A DNA stretch of 27,155 bases from assembly GCA_037133055.1 (NCBI GenBank), contig JBAXOY010000033.1, positions 1 through 27,155 of the forward strand. The letters are read 5' to 3'. The DNA is from Chlamydiota bacterium (GTDB lineage Bacteria; Auribacterota; Tritonobacteria; UBA1439). The position numbers and the translations under genes are program-made. The first letter of the stretch is position 1; each line of letters begins with the position of its first letter. This document shows, piece after piece, positions 24,502-27,155 of this stretch. The notes below the pieces were generated by a model. It searched no databases and had not been told where the DNA came from. It saw only the letters and a list, made by a program, of their open reading frames with translations.

Positions 24502-25337
24502 GCTGTTCCTCTTCCGCCGCCGCGGTACGGCCGTGCGCCGCGGATGAGCCCGGGGAAGAACCGCGATGCCTCCCCGCTGATCCCGAGATGCGTCAGGGTG
24601 AAGTCGTATCGCACCGGGTCGCCGGGAACGAGTTCCCTGAACGCCGCGGTCACCTCGAGGGCCGTGCGAAGGTCGGCCTGCTTCCGGCGCGTGAAGCTCA
24701 ACTCCCTGCCTATCCGGTGCATGTGGGTGTCGAGCGGAACGACGAGCTTCGACGCCGGCACGAGGCTCCATCCCCCGGGGTCCACCTCGTCCCTCCTGAC
24801 CATCCACCGGAGGAAGAGGTTGAGCCTCTTGCACGCGCTGCCCCGCGCCGGCGACGGGAGGAGGCTGAACCCCTCCGTCCCCTCGCATCCGGTGATCTTC
24901 TCCACGAACGCCGTGAGCGCCGGGACGACCGTCTCGTCGCCCGGTTTCATGCCGGACGCGAAGCACCGCTCCAGCGAGCCGTACCGCGCGAGGGCGCCCT
25001 TCACGCACCAGAGCATCCCGGCCAGGTCATCCGCCGTGGTGAACCGGTGCCGGAACCCGCCCACGGATCTTCGGATCGACGCCCGCGACGACTGCGTCAG
25101 GAACGCGGCGGGGGACGGCATCCGATCGAGCACACGGGCAACGCTTTTCAGGATATGCCCGACCCGCCCGTACGCAAGCGAGGAGGCGATGAGCGCGGCG
25201 ATCTCCCGGTCGGGAAGGTCGCGCCCGTGGACAAACCGCACGGGGTCCGACGCGATCCGCGCGCGGCGGTTGCACCGTCGGTACAGTCTCTCGAGCGTAT
25301 CCCCGACAGCGGGGCGCGGGCGGGTGTTCGTCTTCAT
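24498..25337 (-). CDS. TIGR02757 / DUF2400 family protein
   Basis: DPVRFVH, DREIAALIAS.LAYGR, SACKRLNLFLRWMVR.D.VDPG.W, LVVPLDTH, DPVRYDF.L. Confidence 0.92.
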   Translation of the reverse strand: MKTNTRPRPAVGDTLERLYRRCNRRARIASDPVRFVHGRDLPDREIAALIASSLAYGRVGHILKSVARVLDRMPSPAAFLTQSSRASIRRSVGGFRHRFTTADDLAGMLWCVKGALARYGSLERCFASGMKPGDETVVPALTAFVEKITGCEGTEGFSLLPSPARGSACKRLNLFLRWMVRRDEVDPGGWSLVPASKLVVPLDTHMHRIGRELSFTRRKQADLRTALEVTAAFRELVPGDPVRYDFTLTHLGISGEASRFFPGLIRGARPYRGGGRGTA

Positions 25338-25388
25338 GCGGTGGCCGATCCCGGAGCACCCGCGCGGCGGGCGTCGCGGTCAGTGGGC

Positions 25389-25397
25389 ATGATAGCA
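25389..25397 (-). promoter_or_regulatory. Extended -10 promoter for the TIGR02757 unit
   Basis: Minus strand reads TGC-TATCAT, the same 9-mer as at 22446. Confidence 0.5.
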
Positions 25398-25452
25398 CAC
25401 GGCGGGGAGCCCCGATAAGCCGAAAATACCCTGCCAGTTTTCGGGCGGGGGG

Positions 25453-25481
25453 TTGCGGATCGCCCCGGCTTCGTGTATCCT
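25453..25481 (+). promoter_or_regulatory. Possible sigma70 promoter for the secreted protein gene
   Basis: TTGCGG-17 bp-TATCCT. Confidence 0.45.
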
Positions 25482-25631
25482 GTGCGGCGTCCGGGATCGG
25501 CGGTCCGCTGTCGCTTCCGGATCCATCCACCACCCGCTACGCTTCACTGCGAGGAAGGGGTGTCTCCTTTTTCAGCGGAGGCCTGAAGGCCCTCCTGCAG
25601 TGAGGGTGGAGGCGGCAACAAGGAGGCAGTC

Positions 25632-26339
25632 ATGTCTCTACGATTTCCGCATCTCATGGCAGGCGCGGTGATCGCCATCCTGTGCATGTGCGCACCGATG
25701 GCGCTCGCCGAGGCCGACTTCAACGGAGAGGGTGCGCTCGTGTTCCGCGAGCTCGCATCCGCTGAGCCGCGTCTCGCCTACTCCGAGGACTGGAGCAACG
25801 GGACAGGCGGATGGAGCGCGGGGAGTTCGTTCAATGAGTCGGGAAGGTCGCCGGTGCGGGTCCGGATCGGCATCCCACAGGCGCAGTATGGGATGTACTT
25901 CTGGGGCTCGTGCGGCTGGGCGATTTTCGGGCGCCGCGTCCCCGAAGTCCCGATCAAGGTAAGCATCACCGGGTACATCCTCTCGGCGAACCGGAACGCC
26001 CTCTCCGTGAACGTCCGCTCGAGCGGGGGCGCCAACATCTACAAGTACGGATTCTGCGCGGGGGTGATCGGGGCCAACAAGCAGCCGCCGACTTGGACCT
26101 ACCGGGACACGGACCTCGGCTACCATACCGAGACCCCCTACGAGCTCTACTCGATCTGGGCCCCGAACACAGGCCGCTTCGCGCTCGGGCTGAAGAACCT
26201 CGCAACAGGAGAAGACCGGATGAGCGGGGCCCTCTGGGCGTGCAGGTCGGGCGATACCCCGGGCGGAATCGATATCGACCAGGAGGGAGGCCGGGGACCG
26301 GCGCTGCTTGGGAGGGTCGCGGTGTATCTGTACTATTAG
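25632..26339 (+). CDS. Secreted beta-rich protein of unknown function
   Basis: RBS AAGGAGG. Signal peptide ending MALA|E. Mature part is rich in Gly, Trp and Tyr with alternating beta patterns. Confidence 0.78.
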   Translation: MSLRFPHLMAGAVIAILCMCAPMALAEADFNGEGALVFRELASAEPRLAYSEDWSNGTGGWSAGSSFNESGRSPVRVRIGIPQAQYGMYFWGSCGWAIFGRRVPEVPIKVSITGYILSANRNALSVNVRSSGGANIYKYGFCAGVIGANKQPPTWTYRDTDLGYHTETPYELYSIWAPNTGRFALGLKNLATGEDRMSGALWACRSGDTPGGIDIDQEGGRGPALLGRVAVYLYY

Positions 26340-26379
26340 GAGCCTGTTCGGGTGACGGGCTCTGCCGCGGAGGACTCGG

Positions 26380-26408
26380 GGGGGGGCGTTCGCGCCCCCC
26401 CTTTTTTT
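26380..26408 (+). terminator. Rho-independent terminator
   Basis: GGGGGGGCG-TTCG-CGCCCCCCC followed by T7. A second hairpin GAGCCTGT..ACGGGCTC lies at 26340-26362. Confidence 0.88.
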
Positions 26409-26415
26409 GCAGGCG

Positions 26416-27155
26416 CTATTTTATGAGCCGCTTCTTCATCCGGTGCATGGCCGCCAGGCACAGGGCGATCGAGGGGAGGATCAGGATGGCGGCGCTCGCG
26501 ACCGGATGGGGGGGCTTGTGCCCGAGCAGCGCGGCGCGGGCGAGCGAGACCGCGTGCAGGAGGGGGGAGCAGTACGCTGCGCCCCTCAGCCACGCGGGGA
26601 AGCGGTCGAGCGGGAAGAAGACGCCCGAGAAGAAAAAGAGCGGGGTGACCGCCAGCTCGAAGTAGTAGCTGAAGAAGTCGAAGTTCGGGCTCATGGTCGT
26701 CACGAGCATCGCGAGGCTCGCGAAGAGGAACCCGACCGCCAGCGCGAGCGGGAGGACGAGGAGCGACCACCACGAGTGCGCGAGCCCGAAGGCCGCCACC
26801 ACGGCGAACATGATCGCCCCGCTGAAGAAGGCCTTGCTCGCCCCCCAGGCGATGTCCCCGAGCACCACGTCCTCAATGTTCACCGGCGTCGCGATGATGG
26901 CGTCGTAGGTCTTCAGGTGCACCATCTTGAGGAAGCTCATGTAGGTGCACTCGTACGACGCCGCGAACATCGCCGAGGAGACGATGATCCCCGGGGCGAG
27001 GAACTGGACGTAGGGGACTCCCTGGATCGCGCCCATGTAGCTCCCCATGCCGAAGCCCATCGCGACCAGGTACAGGACCGGGTCGCCGAGGTTCCCGATC
27101 AGGTTCACGTAGAAATATTTCAGGAAGGCGTCGAAATCCCTCCGCCACACCCTCC
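26416..27155 (-). CDS. ABC-2 type permease, NodJ-like, 5'-truncated by the window edge
   Basis: DPVLYLVAMGFGMG, YVQFLAPG, ECTY, TYDAIIATP, PLFFFSGVFFPL, SPL.HAV.LAR; about six TM segments. Confidence 0.9.
   Translation of the reverse strand, partial: RVWRRDFDAFLKYFYVNLIGNLGDPVLYLVAMGFGMGSYMGAIQGVPYVQFLAPGIIVSSAMFAASYECTYMSFLKMVHLKTYDAIIATPVNIEDVVLGDIAWGASKAFFSGAIMFAVVAAFGLAHSWWSLLVLPLALAVGFLFASLAMLVTTMSPNFDFFSYYFELAVTPLFFFSGVFFPLDRFPAWLRGAAYCSPLLHAVSLARAALLGHKPPHPVASAAILILPSIALCLAAMHRMKKRLIK

Noticed and set aside
26416..27155. Nodulation function for the NodJ-like permease
   Set aside because: No nod genes are visible and the ABC-2 family is widespread, so no gene symbol was given.

Overview
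GC-rich bacterial chromosomal segment with no rRNA, tRNA, CRISPR array or transposase visible. Bases 1-10324 hold a type II secretion operon (5'-truncated gspD, then E, F, G, H, I, J, K, L, M). It is followed by a 44-aa lipoprotein ORF absent from the ORF track, a radical SAM/SPASM-type enzyme and an MFS transporter. The middle carries a phosphopentomutase-like gene, a stand-alone Lon N-domain protein, an M20 peptidase and a TPR protein. Three exported-protein genes (two apparently paralogous coiled-coil proteins and a tandem OB-fold-like protein) are transcribed divergently from a diverged dnaA. That dnaA has DnaA boxes upstream and no adjacent dnaN, and it converges on holA. The right end has a DUF962 protein, a minus-strand unit (TIGR02757/DUF2400, unknown HEPN-like ORF, DUF2419/Qng1 queuosine salvage), a secreted protein with a structured leader and terminator, and a truncated NodJ-like ABC permease. 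Several gene junctions carry short 9-10 bp periodic, partly inverted repeat elements. All family calls come from motif recognition by eye; no database searches were run.
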